Below are positions 1 through 10,469 of a stretch of DNA of 64,000 nt, piece after piece. The position numbers were made by a program, and so were the translations under genes. This DNA comes from an uncultured candidate division Zixibacteria bacterium. GTDB lineage: Bacteria > Zixibacteria > MSB-5A5 > UBA10806 > 4484-95. The stretch is taken from NCBI GenBank assembly GCA_963668625.2, contig CAXXKA010000001.1:384001-448000 (forward strand). The letters run 5' to 3'. Positions within the stretch are counted from its first letter, which is position 1, and the number at the start of each line of letters is the position of its first letter. Below the pieces are notes generated by a model that did no database searches, was not told the origin of the DNA, and worked only from the letters and a program-made list of their open reading frames with translations.

Positions 1-1
1 T

Positions 2-169
2 AAAGATTTCGAGTTCGAGAAAGTTACCGATATCAAGGAGATGCAGAAATACCGCATACTGTTTACTCCGGGTATTGTCATTGACGGTGAATTGGTGGCG
101 ACCGGCAAGGTGCCATCCCAGGGAGAGGCCATGCAGATGATCAACAACGCCCGAGCCGGTGAGGTATAA
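2..169 (+). CDS. small redox-active thioredoxin-like protein (MTH895/Thioredoxin_3 type), 5'-truncated
   Basis: Manual frame-2 translation KDFEFEKVTDIKEMQKYRILFTPGIVIDGELVATGKVPS...*; the TPGxVIDG...GKVP motif is typical of the family, which is common in ars operons. Confidence 0.8.
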   Translation, partial: KDFEFEKVTDIKEMQKYRILFTPGIVIDGELVATGKVPSQGEAMQMINNARAGEV

Positions 170-171
170 TT

Positions 172-582
172 ATGCGCCCGAATTTTCTGCTATCATCTTT
201 GATACTCAGTTCGATACTTTTGTTCGCCTGTTCGCAATCCTCGGAGGGAGAAGGTCGGACCGGTGAATCTGTCGAGCAAGCAGACGAGCTTGCGAAGACG
301 GAATCGCTGCCCAAGCTGCTTGATTTAGGTAGCACCACCTGCATCCCATGCAAGAAGATGGCTCCGATACTCGACAGCCTTGAAATATTATACGAGGGGA
401 AAGCCGAGATCGAATTTATCGATATAAAGGAAAATAAAAGTGCCGCCCGCGACTACGGTATTACCTTGATTCCGACGCAGATATTTTTTGACGCCAAAGG
501 CGATGAGGTATACCGTCACATAGGTTTCTTCCCGGCGGACTCGATAACGGCTCATTTAAACGAAATCGGCGCGGTCCTTTAA
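172..582 (+). CDS. thioredoxin-family lipoprotein
   Basis: Lipoprotein-like signal (LLFAC), CIPC active site, IPTQIFFD cis-Pro region. Confidence 0.85.
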   Translation: MRPNFLLSSLILSSILLFACSQSSEGEGRTGESVEQADELAKTESLPKLLDLGSTTCIPCKKMAPILDSLEILYEGKAEIEFIDIKENKSAARDYGITLIPTQIFFDAKGDEVYRHIGFFPADSITAHLNEIGAVL

Positions 583-1259
583 TGGAAACGATCGCGGCCT
601 ATATTCAAGCCAATCCCTCGCTGGCGATATTCGCTGTGTTTCTGGGAGGGATCATATCCTCGGCCTCACCTTGTGTGTTGGCACTGGTTCCATTAGTGAT
701 AGGTTACGTGGGCGGTTATTCTCGGGGCAATAAAAAGAAAGCCGCGGTCTATTCGGTAACTTTCGCTTTAGGCTTATCTATCACATTCACCCTGATGGGC
801 GCGGCCGCCGGCCTCGTTGGCTCGATGATAAGCTCCCTGGGTTTGGTGTTTTATGTCATAATAGCGCTAATTGCGATAGCCATGGGATTGTCTCTCCTGG
901 GGCTGTACGATATACCCAATCCGTTGCAGGGAAAAGTTCAACCGAAAACCGGCGGGCTCGTTGGCGCGTTTTTGATGGGTTCGCTTTTCGGGTTCATGTC
1001 TACACCCTGTGCCACACCGGTGCTGGTTGTCATACTGGCGTTCGTGGCGGTTAAAGGACAGGTGCTCTATGGAGTATTTTTGCTGTTCGTGTATTCGGTG
1101 GCTCATTGCACGCTGATAATTTTCGCCGGTATCGCCACCGGTTTCGTCGAATCGTTCGCTCGATCTAAAGGCGCGCACGATTTCTCCACCTGGATGAAAA
1201 GGCTTTCCGGCGCGCTGATAATTTTAGCCGGGTTTTATATCTTATATATAAATATCTAA
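582..1259 (+). CDS. ccdA: CcdA/DsbD transmembrane electron transporter
   Basis: SPCVL and TPCATP Cys motifs, about 6 hydrophobic helices, coupled to the thioredoxin gene. Confidence 0.85.
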   Translation: METIAAYIQANPSLAIFAVFLGGIISSASPCVLALVPLVIGYVGGYSRGNKKKAAVYSVTFALGLSITFTLMGAAAGLVGSMISSLGLVFYVIIALIAIAMGLSLLGLYDIPNPLQGKVQPKTGGLVGAFLMGSLFGFMSTPCATPVLVVILAFVAVKGQVLYGVFLLFVYSVAHCTLIIFAGIATGFVESFARSKGAHDFSTWMKRLSGALIILAGFYILYINI

Positions 1260-1264
1260 ACGAG

Positions 1265-2365
1265 GTGACAAAATTGAAAACTACCGATATATTCCTGACC
1301 GTATTATCGCTGCTAATTTTAGCGGCCGCCGGTATTTTGTCGTATGCTACCGGTAATGCCGTTTACACCGCGACGATAATCGGTTTCACTTTCGGTTTCG
1401 CCATGCAAAAAGGTAAATTCTGCGGCGCAGATATTTTAAGCTCTATCGTGCTCTACAGAGATTTGAAAGGCGCTATAGCGGTGCTGGCCGTTATCGGGGT
1501 GAGTATGATAGGCTTTGGCGTAATGAATTCATTCGGCTGGGTTGTGCTCAGTCCGAAAGCAGTTAACCTTCTGCCGATGGTAGTAGGCGGTTTCGTTTTC
1601 GGAATCGGTACCGTACTCGGCGGGGGATGTATATCCGGTTCGCTTTATAAAGCGGGCGAGGGTAGATTGAACTCCATGCTGGCCTTGCTCGGCATAGGGC
1701 TTGGCGCTCTGATGGTCAAAGCCGGTGCGCTGAAAGGGTTCGGTCAAACGCTTAAAGCCTCGACTGCGAAGGTACGATTGCCTAAAAGCTTAGATCTTCT
1801 TACCGGTATTGACTATATTTACTGGGCGATTCTCGTATTCATAATCATGCTGATTGTCATAATCATATCACGCAAAAAAGCAACCGATGATAGCGAGAGC
1901 TTGTTTCATCGCATATTTCGGGGTAAATGGTCGGTCGTGACCTCCGGAATGGTGATAGGTGTCATCGCCTGGTTCGCCTATTTGTCCTCCGCCGCCTCGG
2001 GACGTAACTACCCGTTGGGTGTAACCGGCGGTGTGGCGGAGAACGCTGCGTTTTTAACCGGCGCACAAATGACTATCGGCGGGTGGCTGTTTATCGAGGT
2101 GCTGGCGATTATTTTCGGCTCGTTAGTTTCAGCCGGACTTTCCGGCGACCTGAAACTTCGCTCGGCCGATCCCTCGACACTGATTGTCGCCTTCATCGGT
2201 GGCGTATTGATGGGCATAGGCGCTGTTTTGGCGCATGGGTGTTTTATCGGCAATATCGTTAGCGGTTGGGCGCTTCTCAGCCTGGGATCGCTTCTCGCGG
2301 GGGTGTTCATGGTTTTAGGCAACTGGTTGGCGACCGTATTTTATCTCAGGGGGATACGCAATTAA
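1265..2365 (+). CDS. YeeE/YedE family sulfur-compound transporter
   Basis: GFAMQKGKFC, GGCISG and AHGCFIG motifs in a Gly-rich multi-TM protein. Confidence 0.8.
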   Translation: MTKLKTTDIFLTVLSLLILAAAGILSYATGNAVYTATIIGFTFGFAMQKGKFCGADILSSIVLYRDLKGAIAVLAVIGVSMIGFGVMNSFGWVVLSPKAVNLLPMVVGGFVFGIGTVLGGGCISGSLYKAGEGRLNSMLALLGIGLGALMVKAGALKGFGQTLKASTAKVRLPKSLDLLTGIDYIYWAILVFIIMLIVIIISRKKATDDSESLFHRIFRGKWSVVTSGMVIGVIAWFAYLSSAASGRNYPLGVTGGVAENAAFLTGAQMTIGGWLFIEVLAIIFGSLVSAGLSGDLKLRSADPSTLIVAFIGGVLMGIGAVLAHGCFIGNIVSGWALLSLGSLLAGVFMVLGNWLATVFYLRGIRN

Positions 2366-2384
2366 AATTACCTGAAGAGGGGAT

Positions 2385-3443
2385 ATGGATAACAACGCAA
2401 AATGTGAAACTCGAAAGACCGGGCTTTCGGTTCTGGATAGATTTCTCACGCTCTGGATATTCTCGGCGATGGCTCTGGGAGTATTCCTGGGAGCTTACGC
2501 GCCCTCGATTACCGGCGCGATTACTCGTCTCTCTATCGGCGCTACCTCGATACCTATCGCCATGGGCCTAATACTCATGATGTACCCGCCGCTGGCGAAA
2601 GTACGCTATGAGGAACTCGGGGATGTATTCCGTAACTGGAAAATTTTAGGCTTGTCGCTAATCCAGAACTGGCTGATCGGCCCGGTGCTGATGTTTTTCC
2701 TGGCGCTGTTGTTCCTGCGCGACCAGCCCGATTATATGGTTGGTTTGATATTGATCGGCTTAGCTCGATGTATCGCTATGGTGATTGTCTGGAACGAACT
2801 GGCCCGGGGAGATAACGAATACGCCGCCGGGCTGGTGGCTTTCAACAGTATCTTTCAGGTGTTATTCTACAGTGTGTACGCCTGGATATTCATCACCAAG
2901 CTGCCGCCTCTGTTCGGCCTGGAGGGCGTTGTTGTCGATATAACTATCGGGCAGATAGCCGAGAGCGTATTTATCTACCTGGGGATTCCATTTATCGCCG
3001 GTTTCTTAACCCGTTTTATTCTGATAAAAGTAAAAAATAAAAACTGGTATCATGACAGGTTCATTCCCAAAATAAGCCCGATAACGCTGATTGCCTTGTT
3101 GTTTACGATCGTTATCATGTTTTCACTCAAAGGCGATACGATTCTAAAACTGCCTCTGGATGTAGTCAGGATCGCCATACCGCTTTTGATTTATTTCGTG
3201 CTGATGTTCATCATTACATTTTACATGGGCAAGAAAGCGGGGGCGGACTACTCGAAATCGGCGACACTGTCGTTCACGGCCGCCTCGAATAATTTCGAAC
3301 TGGCGATTGCCGTGGCCGTAGCGGTGTTCGGAATCGAGTCGGGCCAGGCGTTTGCCGCCGTAATTGGCCCGCTGGTAGAGGTACCGGTATTAATCGGTTT
3401 GGTAAATGTCGCATTCTGGATTCAGCGCAGGTATTATAAGTGA
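2385..3443 (+). CDS. acr3: Acr3 family arsenite efflux transporter
   Basis: [27 protein letters not shown] and GPLVEVP signatures. Confidence 0.95.
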   Translation: MDNNAKCETRKTGLSVLDRFLTLWIFSAMALGVFLGAYAPSITGAITRLSIGATSIPIAMGLILMMYPPLAKVRYEELGDVFRNWKILGLSLIQNWLIGPVLMFFLALLFLRDQPDYMVGLILIGLARCIAMVIVWNELARGDNEYAAGLVAFNSIFQVLFYSVYAWIFITKLPPLFGLEGVVVDITIGQIAESVFIYLGIPFIAGFLTRFILIKVKNKNWYHDRFIPKISPITLIALLFTIVIMFSLKGDTILKLPLDVVRIAIPLLIYFVLMFIITFYMGKKAGADYSKSATLSFTAASNNFELAIAVAVAVFGIESGQAFAAVIGPLVEVPVLIGLVNVAFWIQRRYYK

Positions 3444-3585
3444 TATTAAGCCGGCAGATGTTCTCGTTTCATGCCTGGATGCAGGCATACGTGGTGGATT
3501 ATAGGAGCATATTCCAACCATAATATTCTAAATTAGATTTAACATGTTCCGATAGCATTCCGGTAATTTCCAAATTTAATACATC

Positions 3586-3615
3586 TTGACATAGTTTCAT
3601 TCAGGGTATTATCAT
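3586..3615 (+). promoter_or_regulatory. sigma-70-type promoter
   Basis: TTGACA (3586) - 18 nt - TATCAT (3610), ending 6 nt before ATG 3622. Confidence 0.5.
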
Positions 3616-3621
3616 CCTGTA

Positions 3622-5640
3622 ATGAAAAAACGTTTCAAAATGCTATCGGGATTAAAACTTCGCTATCTGATGGCCTCGTTCGTATTTCTGACCGTTATCC
3701 TGATCGCCGCGGGTTATTATTCCATCCGGGCCGGCCAGGAGGCGACACTCGATAGCCTGGTGGAACAGGGCAAAGCGCTTACCACCGTAATGATTTCCTC
3801 CGCCTCTAATATTATAGAAACGGATCGCCAGTTGAAAGATATCTCCGTTGATAAAATGCTGGCCGAGATCGAGAATTTCAATATCTCGCACGACCGGGAA
3901 GTCGATTTACGCTATTTGAGAATACTCTCGGGCAGGATGCGTCTGACACGCGCGTATCTTCTGGATGACAGCCTCGACGTGATTTATGAAAATCTTACCG
4001 AGGAACGCGGCCTGACCGAGGAATTGGACAGCCTCTACCTGAGCTTTTTGCGGGGTATCGAGATAGACAGTACCTTCGATGTCATATTCGATTTTTACCC
4101 GGCTGGCGAACGATGGTTCATGTTCGCATTAATGCCATTCGATGATAACCGTTACCTGGTCACTGTCAGCCCCTGGTATGTCGGGCAGTATGGTAACCAG
4201 AGTTTATCGCTGGCATACCTGTTGAATCAGCTTTCGCAAGAGGCCGGTATCGAATATATAATGCTTCAGAACCTCGAGGGGATAGTGTTCGCCTCCAAGC
4301 TTATCTCGCAAACAACGCGTATCGAGGATGATGATTTTTTGGAAAGCGCGTTGGAGGCGGATACCGCATTGTCGAGAGTGATAGATTTCCAGGACAGGGA
4401 GATTCTGGAGATGGTGCAGAAATTCAACTCGGGCGAACAATTCTATGGGCTTTTCCGGGTCGGCTTATCGCTGTATGCTCATCGCCAGCTCACCTCGAAT
4501 TTGCAGAAGCAAATCTGGTTATTCATAGTGCTGCTGTTTATAATCAGCTTAATCGGTGTGGTGATCGTGGTCGGCTATCAGAACCTGAGTATCACCGAAG
4601 CCGCATTGACCAGAGCGACCGCCATCACGCAGTCGCTGCAGGATTCGATAGCGGGTATAGTGCTTTCCACCGATGAGAATCTTAAAATCGTCACCGCCAA
4701 TATCACCGCCCGCCATCACTTTGGACTACCCGACAGCGATATACCCGGCCGACTTTACGAGGAATATTTTCCCGATGACCCGTTCCGGGTAAAAAGCGTG
4801 TTAAAAGATAAACGCCCGCTGAATTTCGAAACCCAGATAAAAGGTAGCTCAGGCATCATGCAGCTTCTGGTTTCAACCAGTACTTTATATAGCGGCAATG
4901 AGCAAACCGGCGGCGTAATCGTCGTTGCCCAGGATATCTCGGAAAAACGCGCGCTGGAGAAGCAAGCCCAGCAATCGCATCGATTGTCCGAATTAGGTTC
5001 GGTAGCGGCAGGATTGGCGCATGATATCAGGAATCCCTTGAATGCTATCGGTATGGTGATGCAACGAATGGGGAGCGAGATCGAGGTAACCGGTGACAGG
5101 TCGGAGTTCGACAGTTTCCTGGACACATTGAAAAACGAACATACCAAGCTGAACGCCATAGTCGAGAAAATCCTGCAGGTCGCTCGTTCCAGCCGTCTGG
5201 AGCTTAAACCGGTGATGATTGCTCCTGTTATCGAGGAAGCTATAGCATTATATCAATATGAAGCCGACGAAAAAGATATAAGAATATTACCCGAATTACA
5301 AAATGGCGAGATAAACCTGAATGAAGTATCCTTTAAAAGTATTATCTCGAACCTGGTTAAAAATGCAATCGAGGCTATCGAGAAAAACGGCACGATCCGG
5401 ATAAAATCAATCTTCGCGGATGGTAAACTTCGGGTACAGGTTATTGATGACGGCCCGGGGATTGCCGAGGATAAACTGGGCAATTTATTCAAGCCGTTTT
5501 ATACGTTAAAGCAGGGTGGAACTGGTTTGGGGCTGGCCACCGCCTACAAAGCCGCCGCCGATCATGGCGGTGATTTGAAAGTCGAATCCAAACCGGGCGG
5601 CCCGACTATATTTACCGTTATAATTCCGACCAAGAGGTAA
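3622..5640 (+). CDS. membrane sensor histidine kinase with PAS-like domain
   Basis: Two TM segments, H-box AHDIRNPL, N-box NLVKNAIEA, DDGPG, GTGLGL. Confidence 0.9.
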   Translation: MKKRFKMLSGLKLRYLMASFVFLTVILIAAGYYSIRAGQEATLDSLVEQGKALTTVMISSASNIIETDRQLKDISVDKMLAEIENFNISHDREVDLRYLRILSGRMRLTRAYLLDDSLDVIYENLTEERGLTEELDSLYLSFLRGIEIDSTFDVIFDFYPAGERWFMFALMPFDDNRYLVTVSPWYVGQYGNQSLSLAYLLNQLSQEAGIEYIMLQNLEGIVFASKLISQTTRIEDDDFLESALEADTALSRVIDFQDREILEMVQKFNSGEQFYGLFRVGLSLYAHRQLTSNLQKQIWLFIVLLFIISLIGVVIVVGYQNLSITEAALTRATAITQSLQDSIAGIVLSTDENLKIVTANITARHHFGLPDSDIPGRLYEEYFPDDPFRVKSVLKDKRPLNFETQIKGSSGIMQLLVSTSTLYSGNEQTGGVIVVAQDISEKRALEKQAQQSHRLSELGSVAAGLAHDIRNPLNAIGMVMQRMGSEIEVTGDRSEFDSFLDTLKNEHTKLNAIVEKILQVARSSRLELKPVMIAPVIEEAIALYQYEADEKDIRILPELQNGEINLNEVSFKSIISNLVKNAIEAIEKNGTIRIKSIFADGKLRVQVIDDGPGIAEDKLGNLFKPFYTLKQGGTGLGLATAYKAAADHGGDLKVESKPGGPTIFTVIIPTKR

Positions 5641-5642
5641 CA

Positions 5643-6980
5643 ATGCGAATAATGGTTATAGATGATGAGAAGAACCAGCGTGAATTGCTGGGCGGCTATT
5701 TGAAAAAACAGGGACATAAAATAAGGCTGGCCGAATCAGGGCCGATCGCCCTGAACCTTCTAAGCGACAGGGGAGCCGAGGTGGCTATTACCGATATGCG
5801 TATGCCTGATATGGATGGCTTAACGCTATTGAAGGAGATAAAGAAATTTTTCCCCGACACCCAGGTAATCGTAATAACGGCTTTCGCCACGGTCGAAACC
5901 GCGGTCGAGGCGATGAAAGCCGGGGCCTCAGACTACCTGATAAAACCGATAAATCTCGAGCAACTAAAACTGGTCCTGGAAAAACTGGAGAAGAATCAAT
6001 ATCTTCTGGCGGAAAATTCGTATCTCAGACGAAAGCTGGAGGTTATCGAGGGATTCCCTGATCTGATCGGCGAATCGGAGGTTTTCAAGAAAGTACTGGC
6101 GGATATCGCGATGATTGCCAAGGCCGATTCGACCGTACTGATTCGAGGTGAGTCGGGTACTGGCAAAGAGTTGGTTGCCCGGGCTATACACGATAGCTCA
6201 GACAGATCGAAAGGACCGTTTCTGGCGGTTAACTGCTCGGCATTACCGGAGAACCTATTGGAATCGGAGCTTTTCGGTTATGAAAAAGGCGCATTCACCG
6301 GGGCCAGCAAGAGGCGGATAGGTCGATTCGAGTTAGCCGATAAGGGCACGTTGTTTATCGATGAGATAGGCGATCTATCCCCGCAGATGCAGGTGAAGCT
6401 TCTAAGAGTGTTGGAAACCCACACGTTCGAACGTCTGGGAGGCAATCAGCATATAAATGCCGATATCCGAGTGCTCACGGCCACCAATCGCGATCTGGAG
6501 AAAAGTGTGGAAAGCGGCGAATTCCGGGAGGACCTGTTTTATCGGTTGAATGTTATCCCGATACATTTACCGCCGCTGCGCGAGAGGCAGGGTGATATCC
6601 TGTTGTTGGTAGAACATTTTATCGATAAATTTGCGGCTCAGTCGGGCAAAACTATCGAGGGGATTACCCCTGAAGCTAAAGATATATTATTATCGCATCC
6701 CTGGCCTGGAAATGTTCGCGAACTCGAGAATACTATCGAGCGAGCGGTTGTTCTTTCTCGATCCTCGGTTTTGGATAAAGATAACCTGATCGGATTTTCC
6801 ACTCCCAATCAGGAGATTGTAGCCGATACCCTGAATTTGGGCGAGTTGGAGAAACGAGCGATAGTCAAAGCTTTGCAGCGTACCGATGGTAAAATGGCCG
6901 AGGCTGCCGATATACTGGGGATACATCGCAACACGATACGCGCTAAAATCAAGCAGTACCAAATCAGGATTAAGGAATAA
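5643..6980 (+). CDS. sigma-54-dependent response regulator (NtrC family)
   Basis: REC domain, GESGTGKE, GAFTGA, WPGNVREL, C-terminal Fis-type HTH. Confidence 0.95.
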   Translation: MRIMVIDDEKNQRELLGGYLKKQGHKIRLAESGPIALNLLSDRGAEVAITDMRMPDMDGLTLLKEIKKFFPDTQVIVITAFATVETAVEAMKAGASDYLIKPINLEQLKLVLEKLEKNQYLLAENSYLRRKLEVIEGFPDLIGESEVFKKVLADIAMIAKADSTVLIRGESGTGKELVARAIHDSSDRSKGPFLAVNCSALPENLLESELFGYEKGAFTGASKRRIGRFELADKGTLFIDEIGDLSPQMQVKLLRVLETHTFERLGGNQHINADIRVLTATNRDLEKSVESGEFREDLFYRLNVIPIHLPPLRERQGDILLLVEHFIDKFAAQSGKTIEGITPEAKDILLSHPWPGNVRELENTIERAVVLSRSSVLDKDNLIGFSTPNQEIVADTLNLGELEKRAIVKALQRTDGKMAEAADILGIHRNTIRAKIKQYQIRIKE

Positions 6981-6986
6981 AATAAA

Positions 6987-7024
6987 TGCACGCTTCCTGA
7001 TCGGGGTGAACAAATTCTGTGCAC
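6987..7024. promoter_or_regulatory. putative enhancer (bEBP binding sites)
   Basis: GTGAACAAATTCTGTGCAC imperfect palindrome (7006-7024) resembling the NtrC-type 17-bp site; a second TGCAC half-site at 6987, 20 bp upstream. Confidence 0.45.
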
Positions 7025-7094
7025 GATTGCCTGAACACCTGAAATAGGTATTCGTAATCCGTTGAAATATAATAAGATATACTTAACTGCCGTT

Positions 7095-7110
7095 TGGCAT
7101 GGATATTGTA
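7095..7110 (+). promoter_or_regulatory. sigma-54 (-24/-12) promoter
   Basis: TGGCATGGATATTGTA, GG-N10-GT (non-canonical -12), between an NtrC-family gene and the 7142 gene. Confidence 0.6.
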
Positions 7111-7141
7111 TTAATATATCGTAGGAAAAACGGAGGATATT

Positions 7142-7999
7142 ATGAAAAGACTGATAATAACAACGATCCTACTTGCAATGTTAATCCTTTTAGTTAACTG
7201 TGATGAGAAAACCGTATATGTAACCGAACCTATTACACCGGTCACGCCTACGGGTTTAACCTCTATAACAGGTGATGGCTTAATCCAATTGATGTGGTAC
7301 CCGGTCGATATGGATAATATCGATGAGTATGCTATTTACTGGGCATCCGGGGAATCCGATCCGACCGATTCTGATAACTATCAGTATATGGCCTCTGTCG
7401 ATGCCGCTTATTCCAGCTATTCCGACTACGATGTTGAAAACGGCTCAACTTATTATTACGCTATTGCGGCTTTCAACACCGATGGTGATGGCTCTTATTT
7501 ATCCAACTACGTAATGGATACACCCCGTCCTGAGGGACATAATGTAAGACTTTACGATATCAACCAGAGCGAGACTATCGATTCATCCGGGTATGATATT
7601 TACTATCAGGAATACCTGCCTTATGATAGCTCATACTGTGATATCTATCCTGTTTATAGTACTACTTATGGTTGTTTCTTTTTGACCGTCCGACACAACG
7701 ACTATTTCATACAGGATTATGGTTATGCCGCTGATTTCGATGATGTTGGCTACGCGCCCCCCGATGGTTGGTCGGCTTTCTCTGATGTCGAAGTGATCGA
7801 GGGGCATATGTATATGCTGAAACTAAATCATTTCGATGAGGATCACTATGCCAAGGTCTGGGTAACCGATGTGAATGAGACATCGGGTAACCGTTATATA
7901 ACTTTTAGCTGGGCTTATCAAATAGCCGCCGATAACCGTGAACTGAAAATCGGCGATAGGCCGATAAAGCTTAAAAGCGAGAGTGTCGAGTTAAATTAA
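7142..7999 (+). CDS. lipoprotein with fibronectin type III-like domain
   Basis: Lipobox LVNC; PTGL...GDG.IQLMW...YAIYW...NGSTYYYAIAA FN3 pattern; GGAGG RBS. Confidence 0.7.
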   Translation: MKRLIITTILLAMLILLVNCDEKTVYVTEPITPVTPTGLTSITGDGLIQLMWYPVDMDNIDEYAIYWASGESDPTDSDNYQYMASVDAAYSSYSDYDVENGSTYYYAIAAFNTDGDGSYLSNYVMDTPRPEGHNVRLYDINQSETIDSSGYDIYYQEYLPYDSSYCDIYPVYSTTYGCFFLTVRHNDYFIQDYGYAADFDDVGYAPPDGWSAFSDVEVIEGHMYMLKLNHFDEDHYAKVWVTDVNETSGNRYITFSWAYQIAADNRELKIGDRPIKLKSESVELN

Positions 8000-8049
8000 A
8001 TTTAAACGAGGAATATAAGATTAATACGATAGAGATGAGAGGTGCCAAG

Positions 8050-9522
8050 ATGTTTAAAACGATGAAAGCTATACTTTTTATCATAATCATGGTCAATATC
8101 GGCAACCTGGCTTATGCCGGTGAGAAACACGGCGTAGCCCCTGTCGATGATCTCCAGATCGATGTCTGGGTTAACAAAAGCGAGGGCGCCACATATTACT
8201 ATGGCGAGGACCTGGCGATATATTTACGCGCCAATAACGATTGCTATGTCGTGCTTTACGATATCGATCCCGAGGGAAATGTCAGCCTGTTGTATCCTGC
8301 CGACTACGAGAGCAGTTGCTTTGTTAGTGGCGGCGAGGTAGTACGTATCCCGGATGTTTACGATGATTACCATCTGGAGATTTCCGGCCCCAACGGGCAG
8401 GAGCATATCTATGCCGTGGCCACCTACAACCGTATCGAGGCGCCTGATTTCATCCGTTACGAGTATTTCGAATACGGTAACTGGGACTCTTACTATGATG
8501 ATTTCATCCACTCGGTAAACGGAGAGCGCGAGAAATTCGCTACCGAGCTTAACCGGCGTATCGCAAAATCCGAGTACACTTCTGCCCACACCATGTTTTT
8601 CATAGATGACGGTTACCGTCACCACAAATGGTATCGTCACTGGTCGTATGATCCTTACTATGTCGGCTCGATCTGGGTCGGCTCCGGCTATCCTGGCTGT
8701 GAGGTCTGGATTGACGGCGTGTACTGGGGAATAGCCCCCATCCTGATTCCCGAAATTTACATAGGCCGTCACTGGGTATGGGTATACTACAACGGTTATC
8801 CGTGCTGGCAGGATTATGTCTATATCAACCGTGGCCAGCGCTACTATGTGGATGCCAAAATCGGCAGGCGTTTTCTAGACTACGAGTACGGCCGGGCCAG
8901 TATGAGAGACTGGAGATTCAAATACGAGGTCGAAAAGAACGAGCCGGGATTTGCCAAGAAAGCGGAGAAGGTAAGAGAGAAACACACCCGTCCGAGACAA
9001 TCCGCGCCGGCGAAAGTAGTAGAAAAATATTCGAAAGTCCAGGCCAGTAAACCTTCGCGAACCGAGCCGCAGGTAAAAACCGATCGCTCCTCCATAAAAA
9101 GCACACCGGCGGTGAATAGCAAGGTATCATCAAAGTCCGATTCCCCGAAAAAGTCCAGTAGTAAGCCGACTAACAGGTTCAAATCGTACACTCCACAAAG
9201 CGATAACCGGACCGGAAAGTCATCAACGAAAAACAACACCAGTTACGATTCCGGTTCCAGCAAGAAGAAATCCTTGAATACAAAATCCGGTTCAGCTATA
9301 ATAAAGGATAGATCGGTTGAGGATAATGACGATAATTCGAAGGGGAAGTCCAGTGTCAAAAGCAAAACCCCCTCGGTTAAAAGCAGTGGAAATAGCAGCC
9401 AGAAATCAAAACCGGCCTCGATTTCCCAGCCCAAGTCCTCACCGCGAAGCTCTGGCGCGAGCAAAAAATCATCAGGTTCGAATTCTAAAGACAAGTCGAA
9501 AGGGAAGAGGAGCCACAGATGA
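8050..9522 (+). CDS. secreted DUF4384 + PEGA-like protein with Ser/Lys-rich disordered tail
   Basis: Signal peptide; Y..GE.L.I..RANNDCYVVLYDIDPEG.VSLLYP; CEVWIDGVYWGIAP; long low-complexity basic C-terminus; start placed after GAGG. Confidence 0.7.
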   Translation: MFKTMKAILFIIIMVNIGNLAYAGEKHGVAPVDDLQIDVWVNKSEGATYYYGEDLAIYLRANNDCYVVLYDIDPEGNVSLLYPADYESSCFVSGGEVVRIPDVYDDYHLEISGPNGQEHIYAVATYNRIEAPDFIRYEYFEYGNWDSYYDDFIHSVNGEREKFATELNRRIAKSEYTSAHTMFFIDDGYRHHKWYRHWSYDPYYVGSIWVGSGYPGCEVWIDGVYWGIAPILIPEIYIGRHWVWVYYNGYPCWQDYVYINRGQRYYVDAKIGRRFLDYEYGRASMRDWRFKYEVEKNEPGFAKKAEKVREKHTRPRQSAPAKVVEKYSKVQASKPSRTEPQVKTDRSSIKSTPAVNSKVSSKSDSPKKSSSKPTNRFKSYTPQSDNRTGKSSTKNNTSYDSGSSKKKSLNTKSGSAIIKDRSVEDNDDNSKGKSSVKSKTPSVKSSGNSSQKSKPASISQPKSSPRSSGASKKSSGSNSKDKSKGKRSHR

Positions 9523-9938
9523 TTAAGAGAATCGTAATATTAGCTCTGATATTTTGTGTTTTGGCGGTTAACGCCGAGGCGCAAGCCATAAAACGTGTGC
9601 AGAAGAAAAAATCCGATAGCACAAAAGTCGATAAAAAAACTGCGGATATTAAAGAAGCCGAGCGTAAGGCTGCGATCCAGAAACAACAACAACAACAACA
9701 GCAGCAGCAGGCTAAAAAAGCTATACAACGTCAGGATGAGTTTATCGACCGGGATGGTGACGGCATTAACGACAAAGTGATACAGGCTAAACCCCCGGCG
9801 ATCAAGAAGCAGCAGCAGCCTAAAGTAAATACGCCAAAAGCCCCGCCGGTAAAAACTCAGACGCCGGCAAAACAGAAAAAAGCTTCAACCAACACCAGCA
9901 CCAAGAAAGAGGATAAGAGCAAGAAATCCAAGCGCTGA
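9519..9938 (+). CDS. secreted Lys/Gln-rich protein with a DxDxDG calcium-binding-like loop
   Basis: Signal peptide, Q9 tract, FIDRDGDGIND; ATGA overlap with the upstream gene. Confidence 0.65.
   Translation: MIKRIVILALIFCVLAVNAEAQAIKRVQKKKSDSTKVDKKTADIKEAERKAAIQKQQQQQQQQQAKKAIQRQDEFIDRDGDGINDKVIQAKPPAIKKQQQPKVNTPKAPPVKTQTPAKQKKASTNTSTKKEDKSKKSKR
9684..9710 (+). repeat. (CAA)5(CAG)4 trinucleotide repeat encoding Q9
   Basis: Read directly from the sequence. Confidence 0.9.
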
Positions 9939-10005
9939 GGTTGATTGGTATTTTGTAATTTTTTTTCACTACTGCCCGGCCATCTCTTCTCGTAGCGAGG
10001 CGCTG

Positions 10006-10469
10006 GGTTGACGAAGTCCTTTGTTCATACTTTCTCGGCGACATACTGCATGATAACCGGTGTCAGGAAAGGATTCCTGCCACCTCAGCGATGTTTTTCA
10101 ACAATCCCGCTGCTTCGCAACGTGGCTTACCTGCCTGCAGAATGCGCATTCTACCTGACTGAAGAAGGTTTCAAAGCAGCGCTTGGAAACCAGGGGAACT
10201 AAACTTTGGATCGGCAGGATATGTCAGGATGGAAGCGGAGCGACATCTTGATACGCTGACTATAAATTATATCGAACAATAGCTTTCGCTAACAATTCCC
10301 GGGAGAAATTGAACAATTAATCGATCAACACCGGATACTAGTGAATTTTCATATTATTTCATTAATACGATAGTTGATTATATTTATGCGTTTTGAGGAT
10401 AGGTACATCCTGGCGGCTCAACAGGTATGCTTGCCAATGAAAACTGGTTGACGAGGATGTTCGCCAACC
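10006..10469. repeat. cluster of REP-like imperfect palindromes
   Basis: Hairpins at 10059-10084, 10137-10154, about 10220-10254 and 10446-10469; a degenerate copy of the last starts at 10006. Confidence 0.55.

Noticed and set aside
9960-10200. SRP RNA or another known ncRNA, and the 64-aa ORF 10008-10202
   Set aside because: CAGG and GAAGCAGC fragments lack the conserved spacing and GGAA tetraloop; the ORF has no RBS or recognisable motif
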